A stretch of 64,000 nucleotides of DNA from Alphaproteobacteria bacterium UBA7314 (GCA_002471575.1 DKQG01000044.1:37525-101524); one strand, 5' to 3'. Counted from the first letter of the stretch, positions 1-10,198 are shown. The notes: generated by a model not told the origin, from the sequence alone. Numbers and translations are program-made.

Positions 1-496
1 CTTTCACGAGAATTTAACCCAATTGTTTCACTATCAGGGCCATAGATATGCAAAATTCACCCAATGCACCCAGCGCCACCTCTCAGGGGATGGCATAGCT
101 TATGGTGCTCCGGCTGCTGTCGCGTTGCTACCAATCGTGCAGCGACAAACCGTTCCCGTCTTTTAACCATGTGAACCCGATCGAGATGGCCGAGAACTAG
201 AAACACTGCTCGGTGCTCGATTTCGTCGGCTACGAAGAAGAGCCGATTGTCCGGACGGTGGGTGCTAAATTTTAGCAACATATGGACGGGCTGCTACGCA
301 ACTGTCTCCTGTTGATAGTGCCGCCGAGGACCCTGATAAAAAATACAGCCGGCTACTACCCGGAAATTCTGACCCGAGGGTGTACTGATTTCGCGCGGCG
401 GGCATGGCCATGCCCGGCCTGCAGTTCGCCTAGGGTATGTAGATCCGTCGGAATTTGCTTTCCGCCGAAGGGCTGGCAGGCTAAAACGCGCCCGCA

Positions 497-1627
497 ATGA
501 CCGCCAAGATCCGCAAATTTCTTGAAGAATGCCATCCGGATACTCCGTGTCTGGTGGTAGATCTTGACGTGGTCGCCCAACGCTTCCGCGATCTGAGACG
601 GGCTCTGCCGCGCGCTGAGATTTATTATGCTATGAAAGCCAACCCGGCGCGGGAGGTTGTCAGCCTGCTGCATTCGCTGGGGGCGTATTTCGATACGGCA
701 AGTATCTACGAAATTGAAGCCTGTCTTGACGTCGGAGTCGGGCCCGATCGAATCGCGTTCGGCAACACCGTTAAGAAACAGCGCGATATCGTAAGGGCCT
801 ATGAATACGGCGTTCGGCTATTTGCGTTTGACAGCCGCGCGGAACTGTCAAAGCTCGCCTCAGCGGCCCCCGGTGCCGATGTCTACTGCCGAGTTTTCAT
901 GGACGGTGCCGGATCGGACTGGCCGTTGTCCCGAAAGTTCGGGTGTGAACCGGCGCAGGCAGCTGGAATGCTCGAAGAAGCCGGGCGTGCAGGGCTGGTC
1001 CCCGCCGGCGTGTCCTTTCATGTCGGGTCGCAACAGCGCGACCCCCGGCAATGGGATGTCGCGATCAAGCAGTGCGCCGCCATTTTCGACGAGCTGTCCA
1101 CGCGCGGCGTGGAATTGTCGCTGTTGAACATCGGCGGCGGTTTCCCGGCCAGTTACCGTCAGCCGATCGACTCCGTAGATGTTTACGGCGTTGAGATCAG
1201 AGACGCAATGGTCCGGCATTTCGGAAACCGGTCGCCCCGTATTATCGCTGAACCGGGCCGTTACATCGCTGGCGATGCTGGCATCATTCAGACTGAGGTT
1301 GTTCTGGTCGCGGAGAAATCCCGCGAGCCTGACAAGCGCTGGATTTTTCTCGATATCGGCAAGTTTGGCGGTCTGCCAGAAACATTCGAGGAAGCAATCC
1401 AGTACCGCATCACAACCCCGCATGATGGAAGCCCCGGTGGGCCGGTGGTTCTGGCAGGGCCGACCTGCGACGAAGTGGATGTTCTTTACGCCGCCGCGGG
1501 CTATACCCTACCGCTTGACCTGACTGCCGGGGACAGGATTGAAATACACAGCGCCGGAGCCTATACGGCGACGTATTCCGCTGTCGGGTTCAACGGGTTT
1601 CCTCCGCTTAGCGAGTACTACATCTGA
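497..1627 (+). CDS. PLP-dependent ornithine/lysine/arginine decarboxylase (alanine-racemase fold, eukaryotic-type ODC-like)
   Basis: 376-aa ORF. The N-terminal region (PCLVVDLDVV..., YAMKANPAREV) and the GGGFP motif are typical of fold-type III basic amino acid decarboxylases. Confidence 0.85.
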   Translation: MTAKIRKFLEECHPDTPCLVVDLDVVAQRFRDLRRALPRAEIYYAMKANPAREVVSLLHSLGAYFDTASIYEIEACLDVGVGPDRIAFGNTVKKQRDIVRAYEYGVRLFAFDSRAELSKLASAAPGADVYCRVFMDGAGSDWPLSRKFGCEPAQAAGMLEEAGRAGLVPAGVSFHVGSQQRDPRQWDVAIKQCAAIFDELSTRGVELSLLNIGGGFPASYRQPIDSVDVYGVEIRDAMVRHFGNRSPRIIAEPGRYIAGDAGIIQTEVVLVAEKSREPDKRWIFLDIGKFGGLPETFEEAIQYRITTPHDGSPGGPVVLAGPTCDEVDVLYAAAGYTLPLDLTAGDRIEIHSAGAYTATYSAVGFNGFPPLSEYYI

Positions 1628-1713
1628 CGGCCGACAACGATTTACACGACGTCGTGGCTGGATCGCCGCGCGTTGCGCCAGTAAACTCCATACCTAATCA
1701 ATTGGAGTAACCC

Positions 1714-2349
1714 ATGAAACTTTACGGTTTTTCCCGCTCGTCGGCGGCTTTTCGCGTTCGGATCGCCCTAAATCTGAAAGGGATCGCGTGGGAACACGTC
1801 AATATCAGCCTGCCTAACGGCGATCAGTTCGACGACGGCTACAGGAAACTGAACCCGCAGGGACGGGTCCCAACCCTGATCGACGGCGACAAAATCCTTT
1901 ATCAGTCAATGGCGATCCTGGAATACCTGGAGGAAACGCAGCCGAAACCCGCGTTTCTGCCCTCTGATCCGCTTGGCCGCGCCAGGGTGCGGGGGCTTGC
2001 CGACATCATCGCCTGCGACATTCATCCGCTGAACAATCTGGCGATCCTGAAGTTCTTGGGAGGGGAGATGGGTGTAGACAAGGACGCGGTAGACGTGACT
2101 TGGTACCAGCACTGGATATACGAGGGTTTTAATGCGTTGGAAGCGCATTTGGCGAACGATAGCGACACCGGCACGTTTGCTCACGGCGATACGCCGGGGC
2201 TGGTTGATATCTGTATCGTTCCACAGGTATTCAACGCCGAGCGCTATGAATGCGACTTGTCTGCCTATCCGAGACTGATCAGCATTTTCGCCGAGTGCAT
2301 GAAACTAGATGCGTTCGACAGCGCCCAGCCGTCGAAGCAGCCCAACTGA
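1714..2349 (+). CDS. maiA: maleylacetoacetate isomerase (GST zeta class)
   Basis: 211 aa. N-terminus MKLYGF-RSSAAFRVRIALNLKGI...NPQGRVPTL matches zeta-class GST/MAAI. Confidence 0.75.
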   Translation: MKLYGFSRSSAAFRVRIALNLKGIAWEHVNISLPNGDQFDDGYRKLNPQGRVPTLIDGDKILYQSMAILEYLEETQPKPAFLPSDPLGRARVRGLADIIACDIHPLNNLAILKFLGGEMGVDKDAVDVTWYQHWIYEGFNALEAHLANDSDTGTFAHGDTPGLVDICIVPQVFNAERYECDLSAYPRLISIFAECMKLDAFDSAQPSKQPN

Positions 2350-2359
2350 GAGCCGTCGC

Positions 2360-3136
2360 CTATTTTTTCGCCGCCCGAGCTTCGGCAACCATCGAGCGTA
2401 GAGATTCCAGGTCTCTGGCGCCACGCAGCAGCGTGTCGCCGATAACGAAGGACGGCGTGCCGTTGAGTTTCAGCTTTTCGGCCAAGGCAAAGTTTTTGCG
2501 GATAATTTCGTCGATCTCTTTACCGTTCATATCCCTGCGGAGCCGTTCTGTGTCCAGTCCGATTGTATTTGCCATGTCGAGAATGGATGGCAGATCGTAT
2601 ACGGAATTAGCTTCCATTAAGACCTTATGAAACGCCAGATACTTCCCCTGATTGCGCGCCGCGATTGCCGCCCGCGCCGCTATAACGGAATTAGGCCCCA
2701 GGATTGGCCATTCCTTGTAGACACGACGAATATTTGGATCGGTTTTCACCAGCTCGTCGACGATGGGTTTAATGCGTTTACAAACGCCGCAGCGATAATC
2801 GAAAAACTCCACCACTGTCACATTGCCCATTGGATTGCCGCCCACCGGGGCGTCCGGGTCATTCAGCAGTTCCTGTTTACTGGCGACCAGCATGTCTTGG
2901 TCGGCTTGCGCCAAGGCAATGCGCTGTTTTTCATGAAGGCGCTGGATCGCTTTGGAAATGATCTCGGGATTTTTGAGAATGTATTCGCGGATAATGCCCT
3001 CAAAAGCCTTTTTCTGCTCGGCGGAGATAGCATCCGGGGCAGTTGTCTGCGCGATTGCAGAACCGATTTGGATGGTCGCGGCGTTGAACAAAATAGTAGC
3101 CGCTGCGAAGAGGAATTGGCTTCTTAGCAAAAACAT
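2360..3136 (-). CDS. DsbA-family periplasmic thiol:disulfide oxidoreductase
   Basis: 258 aa with a signal-peptide-like N-terminus and a thioredoxin CGVC active-site motif (FDYRCGVCKR). Confidence 0.8.
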   Translation of the reverse strand: MFLLRSQFLFAAATILFNAATIQIGSAIAQTTAPDAISAEQKKAFEGIIREYILKNPEIISKAIQRLHEKQRIALAQADQDMLVASKQELLNDPDAPVGGNPMGNVTVVEFFDYRCGVCKRIKPIVDELVKTDPNIRRVYKEWPILGPNSVIAARAAIAARNQGKYLAFHKVLMEANSVYDLPSILDMANTIGLDTERLRRDMNGKEIDEIIRKNFALAEKLKLNGTPSFVIGDTLLRGARDLESLRSMVAEARAAKK

Positions 3137-3271
3137 TTCGATCCTATTCTCGGTTTGGAAATAGCCGGAATATTCACCGTGGTGTTCCGAATAAACAAAG
3201 TTTTATCGTATCAGGGCTGGGACCGGCGGTCACAATCGCTTGATTAATTCTACTTTAAGGATTGGTAACGA

Positions 3272-4636
3272 TTAACGGCGTTCTCGTTCCCCTGCGCGCT
3301 TGGCCGTAGCTTCGATATCTTGCGCGCGGATCCAGCCGGGTGAATTCGCTCTCAGGATACGCATGGCTTTATTTGCCTGCCCGCGGGCGTCCACGAAACG
3401 GCCAAGCAGTAAATTGTGCTCGGCGAGCGCTAGCGCGGAAACACCGAGCTGGCCGTTCCGGCCATAGGCGGTTGCCGCAAGGTGCCATGAAAGCGGCATG
3501 AACCGGTCGTACCTCAGTGCCTGTTCAATATTACCGATCGCCGATTTAATCAGATCGGGCTTGTTGATCTCTATCTGGACATGGGCAAGTCCGACCCGAA
3601 GCAGGGGTTGTTGCGGGCTAAGTTTGACGGCCCGCTCATAGGCGGGGAGCGCTTCGGTCAACCGACCGTGCTCAAACAAAATCTGGCCGCGCAATTCGTG
3701 AAAATACGGATCTTTTGGCGCCTGCTCGACCAGTCCGTCAATCAGTGTTAACGCCTGGTCTAGGCGGGAATCGCGATAGTAAGCCATGGTGCGAGCGTAC
3801 CGAGCGCTGACTGCGGTGTCGTCGGCCGAATATTCTGCCAGCGTCTGGCTCGGGGGATTGATGAAACCTCTCAGCTTCGCGACCATTCGGTCGTGTATGG
3901 CTTTGACCCGTTCAGGCAACTCGTTATCTGAATAAGGTGAGTTTTCGACGTGTTTCCGGACAAAGGTGATCCGGTCCTGGGTCAGTGGATGGGTGACCAC
4001 GTATGCGTCTTGGCGCGCGCGCACCAAGAGCTCCTGATCCTGCAAACGTTCGAAAAATTTGAGCAGGCCGGTCGACGTTACCCGCGTCTGATCCAGAAGA
4101 TTAACTGCTACCTGGTCGGCGGAGCGTTCCTGGGTGCGCGAAAACCGCAACAGGTTCTTCAACGCGATATCCGCGCTCTTGGCGCTGGTGGCCGCGGCGA
4201 CACCACCATCCTTGGAAAGTACGCCGAACGCGAAACCGATAATCTGGCCGATCAGCGCCTGATTGCGGGCGTCGTCAAGAGCACCCCCTAGCCGAGCGAG
4301 ATGGCCGCCGGTGATATGGCCGATTTCATGGGCAAGCACCCCCACAACCTGCTCGGGCCGTTCCGCCGACATAAGTAGCCCGCTGGTGAGGAATATTCTC
4401 CTTCCCCGCGACACGAATGCGTTAAGGGCCCTATCGTTGACGATATGCAAACTGACATCGTCCGGATCAAGGCCGGCAGCCCTCAGAAGTGGCGAAGCAT
4501 AAGCTCGAATGGTATATTCGATTTCAGCATCACGTATCCCGGCGCCTTCTGCCGGGTTGAGTGCCAGCGCCAATTGTAGCAGTAGGATCACTACGACAGC
4601 GCCGATGGCTGCCAAGGAGGACATTGCATTGCGCAC
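3272..4636 (-). CDS. M48-family zinc metalloprotease with C-terminal TPR repeats (BepA/YfgC-like)
   Basis: 454 aa with an N-terminal signal peptide, an HEIGHITGGH zincin motif and TPR-like repeats in the C-terminal half. Confidence 0.8.
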   Translation of the reverse strand: MRNAMSSLAAIGAVVVILLLQLALALNPAEGAGIRDAEIEYTIRAYASPLLRAAGLDPDDVSLHIVNDRALNAFVSRGRRIFLTSGLLMSAERPEQVVGVLAHEIGHITGGHLARLGGALDDARNQALIGQIIGFAFGVLSKDGGVAAATSAKSADIALKNLLRFSRTQERSADQVAVNLLDQTRVTSTGLLKFFERLQDQELLVRARQDAYVVTHPLTQDRITFVRKHVENSPYSDNELPERVKAIHDRMVAKLRGFINPPSQTLAEYSADDTAVSARYARTMAYYRDSRLDQALTLIDGLVEQAPKDPYFHELRGQILFEHGRLTEALPAYERAVKLSPQQPLLRVGLAHVQIEINKPDLIKSAIGNIEQALRYDRFMPLSWHLAATAYGRNGQLGVSALALAEHNLLLGRFVDARGQANKAMRILRANSPGWIRAQDIEATAKRAGERERR

Positions 4637-5954
4637 GGGCGATACTTTCTCTCGTAGCTCTATAAGTAGGTGGCGGTCCCGGGTCCGTCAATCGATCGTC
4701 GCTGGCGCCGTGGGACTGTCACTTGCCGCCTGCGGCAGCGATGACCCGCGTGAGGGCCGAGTAGGCTCTGTATCCTCGGATTTCGGCGGTGTGGTGTCGG
4801 ATGAACCAAGATCCGCCCTGATTGGGCGCGATATTCTGTCGGCAGGCGGCAATGCGATCGATGCCGCAGTGGCAACCTATTTTGCGTTGACGGTGACCTA
4901 TCCGGGTGCTGCAAGCCTCGGCGGCGGTGGCATGTGTGTCGTCTTCCGCGGTGGGGGCGAGACCGTTGAGGCAATCGATTTCCGGTCATGGATATTTGAA
5001 AAGGACGGCAAGGCAGCGATGATACCCGGAGCGGTCCGGGGGATGTTCGCGCTTCATGCCCGCTACGGTCGCCTGCAATGGGAGGCCCTTTTATTGCCCG
5101 CTGAACGGCTTGCCCGGTTCGGCAATCCGGTATCCAGGGCATTCGCCCAGCGTCTGGCCGCTGTACCGCTGCCGGCACTGACGGATCCGACACTCCAAAG
5201 TCTGTTCGCCCCCGCTGGGAAGATGACCAAAGAAGGCGACATCCTGACCCAGTTCGAATTGTCTGCGACCCTTGCACGCATCCGATTGAGAGGCCCAGGT
5301 GATTTTTACGCCGGCGATTTCGCAAAAATTCTGGCCCAGGGTCTTGGTGCTGCCGCCGGGATTGACATCCCGATAGCGGCGTTTCGCGACTACCGCCCCA
5401 AATGGTTGAAAACCGAAAAAATCTACATCGGAAAAGACGAGCTGCATCTTCCCGCCAATCCGGTCGGCGCTGGCGCTGCAGCGTTATGGCGACGCACCGG
5501 CGGGGGAGCTGAGCAACTGGCACGGGCTTCGTATGACAGCGCAGGTTTCGTCTCGGTCGACCGGCAGGGTGGTGGCGCGGCCTGTGTTGTCTCAACGAAC
5601 GGGACACTTGGCGGCGGAAGAATGATTGGTCCCAGCGGAATCTTGATGGCGGCCCCCCCTCGGGGGGATGCGTTTCCCGGCGTCCCGATGTTGCTGGTCA
5701 ACCGGCCGCTCAGGGATACCCGGGGTGCAGCCGTCGGAGCAGGCGGGGGGGATGCGGCAGCCAGAGTGATAGCCGCCGCTCGCAAAATGTTCGATGACGA
5801 TGTGCCGCCCGAGAAAGCATTTGGTTCGGTCGAAGGCGCGGCGGGACGTGCGGGGCTGATCCACTGTCCGACGGGTGTCCGTGAAAGCCCGGATTCATGC
5901 CGTTTTGCTGCCGATCCCGCAGGGCACGGGCTGGCCGTCAGTGCGGCGCTTTGA
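4605..5954 (+). CDS. gamma-glutamyltransferase-family protein, divergent, with a lipoprotein-like N-terminus
   Basis: GGT-like segments are present (ALIGRDILSAGGNAIDAAVAT..., ...STNGTLGGGRMIGPSGILM). A lipobox-like LAACGS follows the predicted start. The start is uncertain because the longest ORF (4509) overlaps the divergent upstream gene. Confidence 0.5.
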   Translation: MAAKEDIALRTGDTFSRSSISRWRSRVRQSIVAGAVGLSLAACGSDDPREGRVGSVSSDFGGVVSDEPRSALIGRDILSAGGNAIDAAVATYFALTVTYPGAASLGGGGMCVVFRGGGETVEAIDFRSWIFEKDGKAAMIPGAVRGMFALHARYGRLQWEALLLPAERLARFGNPVSRAFAQRLAAVPLPALTDPTLQSLFAPAGKMTKEGDILTQFELSATLARIRLRGPGDFYAGDFAKILAQGLGAAAGIDIPIAAFRDYRPKWLKTEKIYIGKDELHLPANPVGAGAAALWRRTGGGAEQLARASYDSAGFVSVDRQGGGAACVVSTNGTLGGGRMIGPSGILMAAPPRGDAFPGVPMLLVNRPLRDTRGAAVGAGGGDAAARVIAAARKMFDDDVPPEKAFGSVEGAAGRAGLIHCPTGVRESPDSCRFAADPAGHGLAVSAAL

Positions 5955-5957
5955 GCC

Positions 5958-7109
5958 ATGACGCTGAGGAAATCATCCCGGGGGCAGGTGCAGCCGTTTA
6001 TCGTCATGGACGTCATGCGGGAAGCCAACCGGCTGGAAGCGACAGGTCGGGATGTTCTGCACCTTGAGGTCGGACAACCGTCGACTGGCGCCCCCTCCGG
6101 CGTGATCGCCGCCGCGCAGCAGGCGCTTGTGAACGACCGTCTTGGATATACCGAGGCGCTCGGTATAGATCCGCTGCGCCGCCGAATCGCAAAATATTAC
6201 AGCGACGCCCACGACATCGATGTGGCGGAGGACCGGGTGATAGTCACAACTGGATCATCTGGAGGGTTCATGCTGGCATTTCTGTCCGCCTTCGATGCCG
6301 GCGACCGGGTCGTGCTTGTCGATCCAGGCTATCCTGCCTATCGCAATATTCTCGCTGCGTTGGGTATCGAGGCGGTCTGCGTGCCAGCCACAGCCGAAGA
6401 CCGGTATCAGCCTACCCCGGCTCTGCTAGACCGTATCGACGGCGACATAGACGGCCTGATTGTTGCAAGTCCAGCGAACCCGACTGGCACGATGATTACC
6501 GGCGCCGAAATGGTGGCACTGACGACCTATTGCGACGATCGCGGCATCCGGTTGATCTCTGATGAGATCTATCATGGCATCACCTACGAAATGCCCGGCG
6601 TCACTGCGCTATCTCATACGCAAAACGCCTTCATCGTGAATAGTTTTTCAAAGTACTATTCGATGACGGGGTGGCGTGTCGGCTGGATGGTAATCCCGGA
6701 GCAGTTCCACCGATCGGTGGAATGTCTAGCGCAGAATATATTCATTTCTGTGCCTACGCTGTCGCAGCATGCCGCGAGTGCCGCTTTCGATTGTACCGAG
6801 GAACTGGATGAAAACGTCGCGCGCTATGCGGCGAATCGGGACCTACTGCTGCGCGAGCTTCCTACAGCGGGGCTGACAAACCTTGCCCCGGCAGACGGTG
6901 CCTTTTACGTGTATGCGGATGTGTCGCATCTGACGAACGATAGCGAGAATTTCTGCCGAAGGATGCTTACCGAGGTCGGTATCGCGACCGCGCCCGGGAC
7001 GGATTTCGATCACTATCGCGGCAATGAGACTATTCGGATTTCGTTTGCTGGAGATACCCAGACCATGGCTGAAGCGTCCGCGCGGCTGCAGGACTGGATA
7101 GCGTGTTGA
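5958..7109 (+). CDS. class I/II PLP-dependent aminotransferase (aspartate/aromatic aminotransferase-like)
   Basis: 383 aa with an N-terminal FIVMDVMREAN..., an SFSKYYSMTGWRVGW PLP-lysine region and the overall fold-type I AAT pattern. Confidence 0.85.
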   Translation: MTLRKSSRGQVQPFIVMDVMREANRLEATGRDVLHLEVGQPSTGAPSGVIAAAQQALVNDRLGYTEALGIDPLRRRIAKYYSDAHDIDVAEDRVIVTTGSSGGFMLAFLSAFDAGDRVVLVDPGYPAYRNILAALGIEAVCVPATAEDRYQPTPALLDRIDGDIDGLIVASPANPTGTMITGAEMVALTTYCDDRGIRLISDEIYHGITYEMPGVTALSHTQNAFIVNSFSKYYSMTGWRVGWMVIPEQFHRSVECLAQNIFISVPTLSQHAASAAFDCTEELDENVARYAANRDLLLRELPTAGLTNLAPADGAFYVYADVSHLTNDSENFCRRMLTEVGIATAPGTDFDHYRGNETIRISFAGDTQTMAEASARLQDWIAC

Positions 7110-7113
7110 AACC

Positions 7114-7138
7114 CCCGGGCGTTTGCCCGGGCGCTTTT
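7114..7138. terminator. GC-rich hairpin followed by a T-tract between convergent genes
   Basis: cccgggc-gttt-gcccggg forms a 7-bp stem and is followed by cgcTTTT, immediately after the aminotransferase stop. Confidence 0.5.
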
Positions 7139-7148
7139 CAGTTGATGT

Positions 7149-9767
7149 TCAGTCGACGATTTTCTGCCACCAGCCCCGGCGTTTGGGCTTGTTTTCGTCA
7201 GCTACCGTGGCATCTGCGATATCGGCGCTTTCGTCTGCTGCACCGGATTGGCCGTTGGCGGATTCCGGGATGCTCTCTTTCGCGTCTTTATCGGGGGCAC
7301 CTACGTTGTCAGGAGTGTCATTCGGCTGAGTGCTGTTCGGTGCGGGGATTCCCGCCTCCGCATCCGATATCACGGTTTCTAAAGTAGCCTGGGTCTTCGC
7401 TTCCGAATTGGTGGTGCTCGCCTCGGCTTCGACCGGGGATGAACTTTCACCATCACTGGATGATCCTTCCGCCGCCTCGTCTTTGCCGTATGCCTTCTCT
7501 CCGATGGCGGCACCGTTCTCATCCTGCGTTTCTGCATTAAAAGTGCGATTTCGGCGTCTGCCGCCACGGCGCCCGCGACGTCGCCGCCGTGAGCCCTGCT
7601 TTTCTTCGCCGGCGGTATCGTCTTTTTCTCCGAAGGCCTCCTGCCCGTCCTTATCGCCGGAAGACTTCGCGTCGGCATCATCGCCCGATTCCGCGTCGGA
7701 GCGGGCTTCGCTATTTTGCGATCGGCGGCGTCCGCGGCGCCGCCGGCTGCGTTTCGGCTTGTCGGATTTTTCCTCGTCACCGTTGGTTTCCGAAATGACG
7801 CCAACGTCGTCGTCGGCATCTCCGCGGGCATCGCCCGTGTCGTCGGCCGCCTGAGCGGCGCCGGTGCCCCGTGACGGTATTCCCGAGACAGGCTCAGGTT
7901 GTCCCTTAACCCGCTCAATATCGATGTCAGGTGGTACGACCGTGTCGTCGCCCTCGAGGATGACCTGGAAGCCGTAACGGCTCTCCAGATTGACCAGCGT
8001 GGCGCGTTTCTGGTTTAGGATATACAGCGCCACCTCGGTCGGAACCCGTACTGTGATTTCGCTGGTCCGCATCCGGACACCTTCTTCCTCGATAGCCCGG
8101 AGTACCCGCATCGCCATAGATTCGGTAGACAAGATATTTCCTGTGCCGCGGCAGTGTGGGCAGATCTGCGAACTGGTCTCGAGCAGGCTGGGGCGAAGCC
8201 GCTGGCGCGACAGTTCTAACAGTCCAAAATTACTGATCCGTCCGATCTGAAGTCGAGCCCGGTCGGTCTTCATCGCGTCTTTCAGCCGGCGTTCGACCTT
8301 GCGGGTGTTACGGCCGTCTTCCATATCGATGAAATCGATCACGATCAGGCCGGCAAGGTCACGCAGTCGTAATTGCCGGGCAACCTCTTCGGCCGCCTCT
8401 ATATTAGTTTTTACGGCGGTTTCCTCGATGTTACGTTCGCGCGTTGATTTGCCGGAGTTCACGTCGATCGCGACCAGCGCTTCTGTCGGATTGATCACGA
8501 TATAGCCGCCCGATTTCAAGTACACTTCCGGATTGTGCATGGCGTCAAGCTGTTGTTCGATCTGGAAACGCTGATACAACGGAATCGTGTCGTCGCGGTA
8601 TTGTTGAACCCGCTTGGCGTGGCTAGGCATCATAAGGCGCATGAATTTTTTCGCCGTCTGGTAGGTCTCAGTGCCCTCGACCTGGATTTCCTCGATATCC
8701 TTGCTGTAAATGTCGCGGATCGCGCGCTTGATGATATCACCTTCCTCGTAGACCATGCTGGGAGCGCTTGACTCCAAGGTCGTTTCCCGCACTTCGTCCC
8801 AGGCCCGGATCAGGTATTCGAAGTCTCGCTTTATCTCCGCCTTATTGCGCTCCAGACCTGCGGTCCGAATAATCACTCCCATGCCGTCGGGAATATCGAG
8901 CGAGTTCAGGGTGTCGCGCAGCTTGCGGCGCTCCTTCGATCCGGTGATTTTCCGAGAAATACCGCCGCCGCGTGACGAATTGGGCATTAGTACGCAGTAA
9001 CGACCTGCTAGAGAAATATATGTCGTCAGCGCGGCACCCTTGTTGCCGCGTTCTTCCTTGACGACTTGCACCAGCAGGATCTGGCGACGCTTGATAACTT
9101 CCTGGATTTTGTAGCGTCGCATCCCGCGTGTCCGGCGGGGGGATGAGGATTCAGCAGCTTCCAGCGCCTCTTCGACATCCGGGTCGGCGGCAACGGGGTC
9201 GGGGTCATCGGTGGTGTCGACATTTTCTGTGTCGCCGGCATCGGTGTAATCATCGGATGCGGAGTCTGCTTCTTCGGCGTTGTCGCTGTCTTCCGCTTTG
9301 ACGGCGGAGCCTTCGTCCGTGGAGCTATCGTCCTGGTCGGCGTCGTCATCGGCTCCATCCTGCAGGTCCGCGCCATCTTCGTTATCGTCTTCGCCGGAAG
9401 CGTCGACGTTGTCGCCGTCCTCACCGATGTCGCCATCGATATCTTCAAGGTGCTCGCGCGCGGCGCGGGCCTGACGCTCTAGTTCTTCTTGCTCATCGAT
9501 CAGGGCCTGTCGGTCCTCCATCGGGATCTGGTAGTAGTCAGGATGGATTTCACTGAAGGCTAGGAAACCGTGACGATTGCCGCCGAAATCGACAAAAGCG
9601 GCCTGCAAGGACGGTTCCACCCGCGTGACTTTCGCGAGGTAGATATTTCCTTTGACCTGTTTTTTGAAGGTGGTCTCGATATCGTATTCATCGAGACGGT
9701 TTCCGGATGTGACGACGACCCGAATCTCTTCCGGGTGAGCGCCATCCACAAGCATGCGCTTAGACAT
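7149..9767 (-). CDS. rne: ribonuclease E
   Basis: Shows the S1 and catalytic domain signature of the RNase E/G family plus long acidic and Arg-rich low-complexity inserts. The start is chosen at ATG 9767 (MSKRML), 7 nt downstream of a GGAG motif. The longer ORF runs to 9797. Confidence 0.9.
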   Translation of the reverse strand: MSKRMLVDGAHPEEIRVVVTSGNRLDEYDIETTFKKQVKGNIYLAKVTRVEPSLQAAFVDFGGNRHGFLAFSEIHPDYYQIPMEDRQALIDEQEELERQARAAREHLEDIDGDIGEDGDNVDASGEDDNEDGADLQDGADDDADQDDSSTDEGSAVKAEDSDNAEEADSASDDYTDAGDTENVDTTDDPDPVAADPDVEEALEAAESSSPRRTRGMRRYKIQEVIKRRQILLVQVVKEERGNKGAALTTYISLAGRYCVLMPNSSRGGGISRKITGSKERRKLRDTLNSLDIPDGMGVIIRTAGLERNKAEIKRDFEYLIRAWDEVRETTLESSAPSMVYEEGDIIKRAIRDIYSKDIEEIQVEGTETYQTAKKFMRLMMPSHAKRVQQYRDDTIPLYQRFQIEQQLDAMHNPEVYLKSGGYIVINPTEALVAIDVNSGKSTRERNIEETAVKTNIEAAEEVARQLRLRDLAGLIVIDFIDMEDGRNTRKVERRLKDAMKTDRARLQIGRISNFGLLELSRQRLRPSLLETSSQICPHCRGTGNILSTESMAMRVLRAIEEEGVRMRTSEITVRVPTEVALYILNQKRATLVNLESRYGFQVILEGDDTVVPPDIDIERVKGQPEPVSGIPSRGTGAAQAADDTGDARGDADDDVGVISETNGDEEKSDKPKRSRRRRGRRRSQNSEARSDAESGDDADAKSSGDKDGQEAFGEKDDTAGEEKQGSRRRRRGRRGGRRRNRTFNAETQDENGAAIGEKAYGKDEAAEGSSSDGESSSPVEAEASTTNSEAKTQATLETVISDAEAGIPAPNSTQPNDTPDNVGAPDKDAKESIPESANGQSGAADESADIADATVADENKPKRRGWWQKIVD

Positions 9768-9780
9768 TTTTTTTCTCCGG

Positions 9781-9828
9781 CCCGACAACACCCCCATCGT
9801 GCGAACGACCGATGGGGGTGTTGTCGGG
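9781..9828 (-). promoter_or_regulatory. 19-bp perfect stem-loop in the rne 5' leader, abutting the ribosome-binding site
   Basis: cccgacaacacccccatcg / tgcgaacgac / cgatgggggtgttgtcggg is an exact inverted repeat. On the rne mRNA it lies immediately 5' of the GGAG-A7-AUG start. Confidence 0.6.
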
Positions 9829-10198
9829 CCTGCAAGACCACCCGCGCCACCGTCAACCTGCCGAATGGGGTGTCTCCCTTAGGATCGCCGCCAGGGCAGG
9901 GACGTTCATGATTCGCGGAACCCGAATGTTATTGGGTCCGGTCTTGGGTTCCATATACCGCGTTTGAGCCGCGCAGCCATCCTGCCGTTTCGCGCTACCG
10001 GCCAACCGTCGTCAATAAGTTACGGTCGAGAGGCGCTGAATACATAGAGGCCGCGCGGGTGTCGGAGTATGTCTCCGTTTCATCCGCGGACGTTCGCATC
10101 GTGACGATAAACCGGGTGCCGCGCCTGTACAACTTATATTCGCCGACTATGTAGCGGGTTTTCGCTACAAAACATTTCCGGTTCGGGATATATGTTGT

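Noticed and set aside
57-281. 74-codon minus-strand ORF at the window start, and the overlapping plus-strand ORFs at 282-500
   Set aside because: No recognisable family, no ribosome-binding site, and the ORFs overlap each other. They lie in the promoter or upstream region of the decarboxylase gene and are most likely non-coding.
4509-4604. Upstream extension of the GGT-family ORF to 4509
   Set aside because: It would overlap the 5' end of the divergently transcribed M48 protease gene by more than 120 nt. A later start just before the lipobox-bearing N-terminus is more plausible.
4660-5607. Long antisense or alternative-frame ORFs inside GC-rich genes (e.g. 4660-5607, 10283-10846, 34532-35485, 46552-47316, 37676-38173)
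   Set aside because: They are Arg/Pro/Gly-rich translations typical of off-frame reading of high-GC coding sequence. Each is fully nested in a gene that has clear family signatures.
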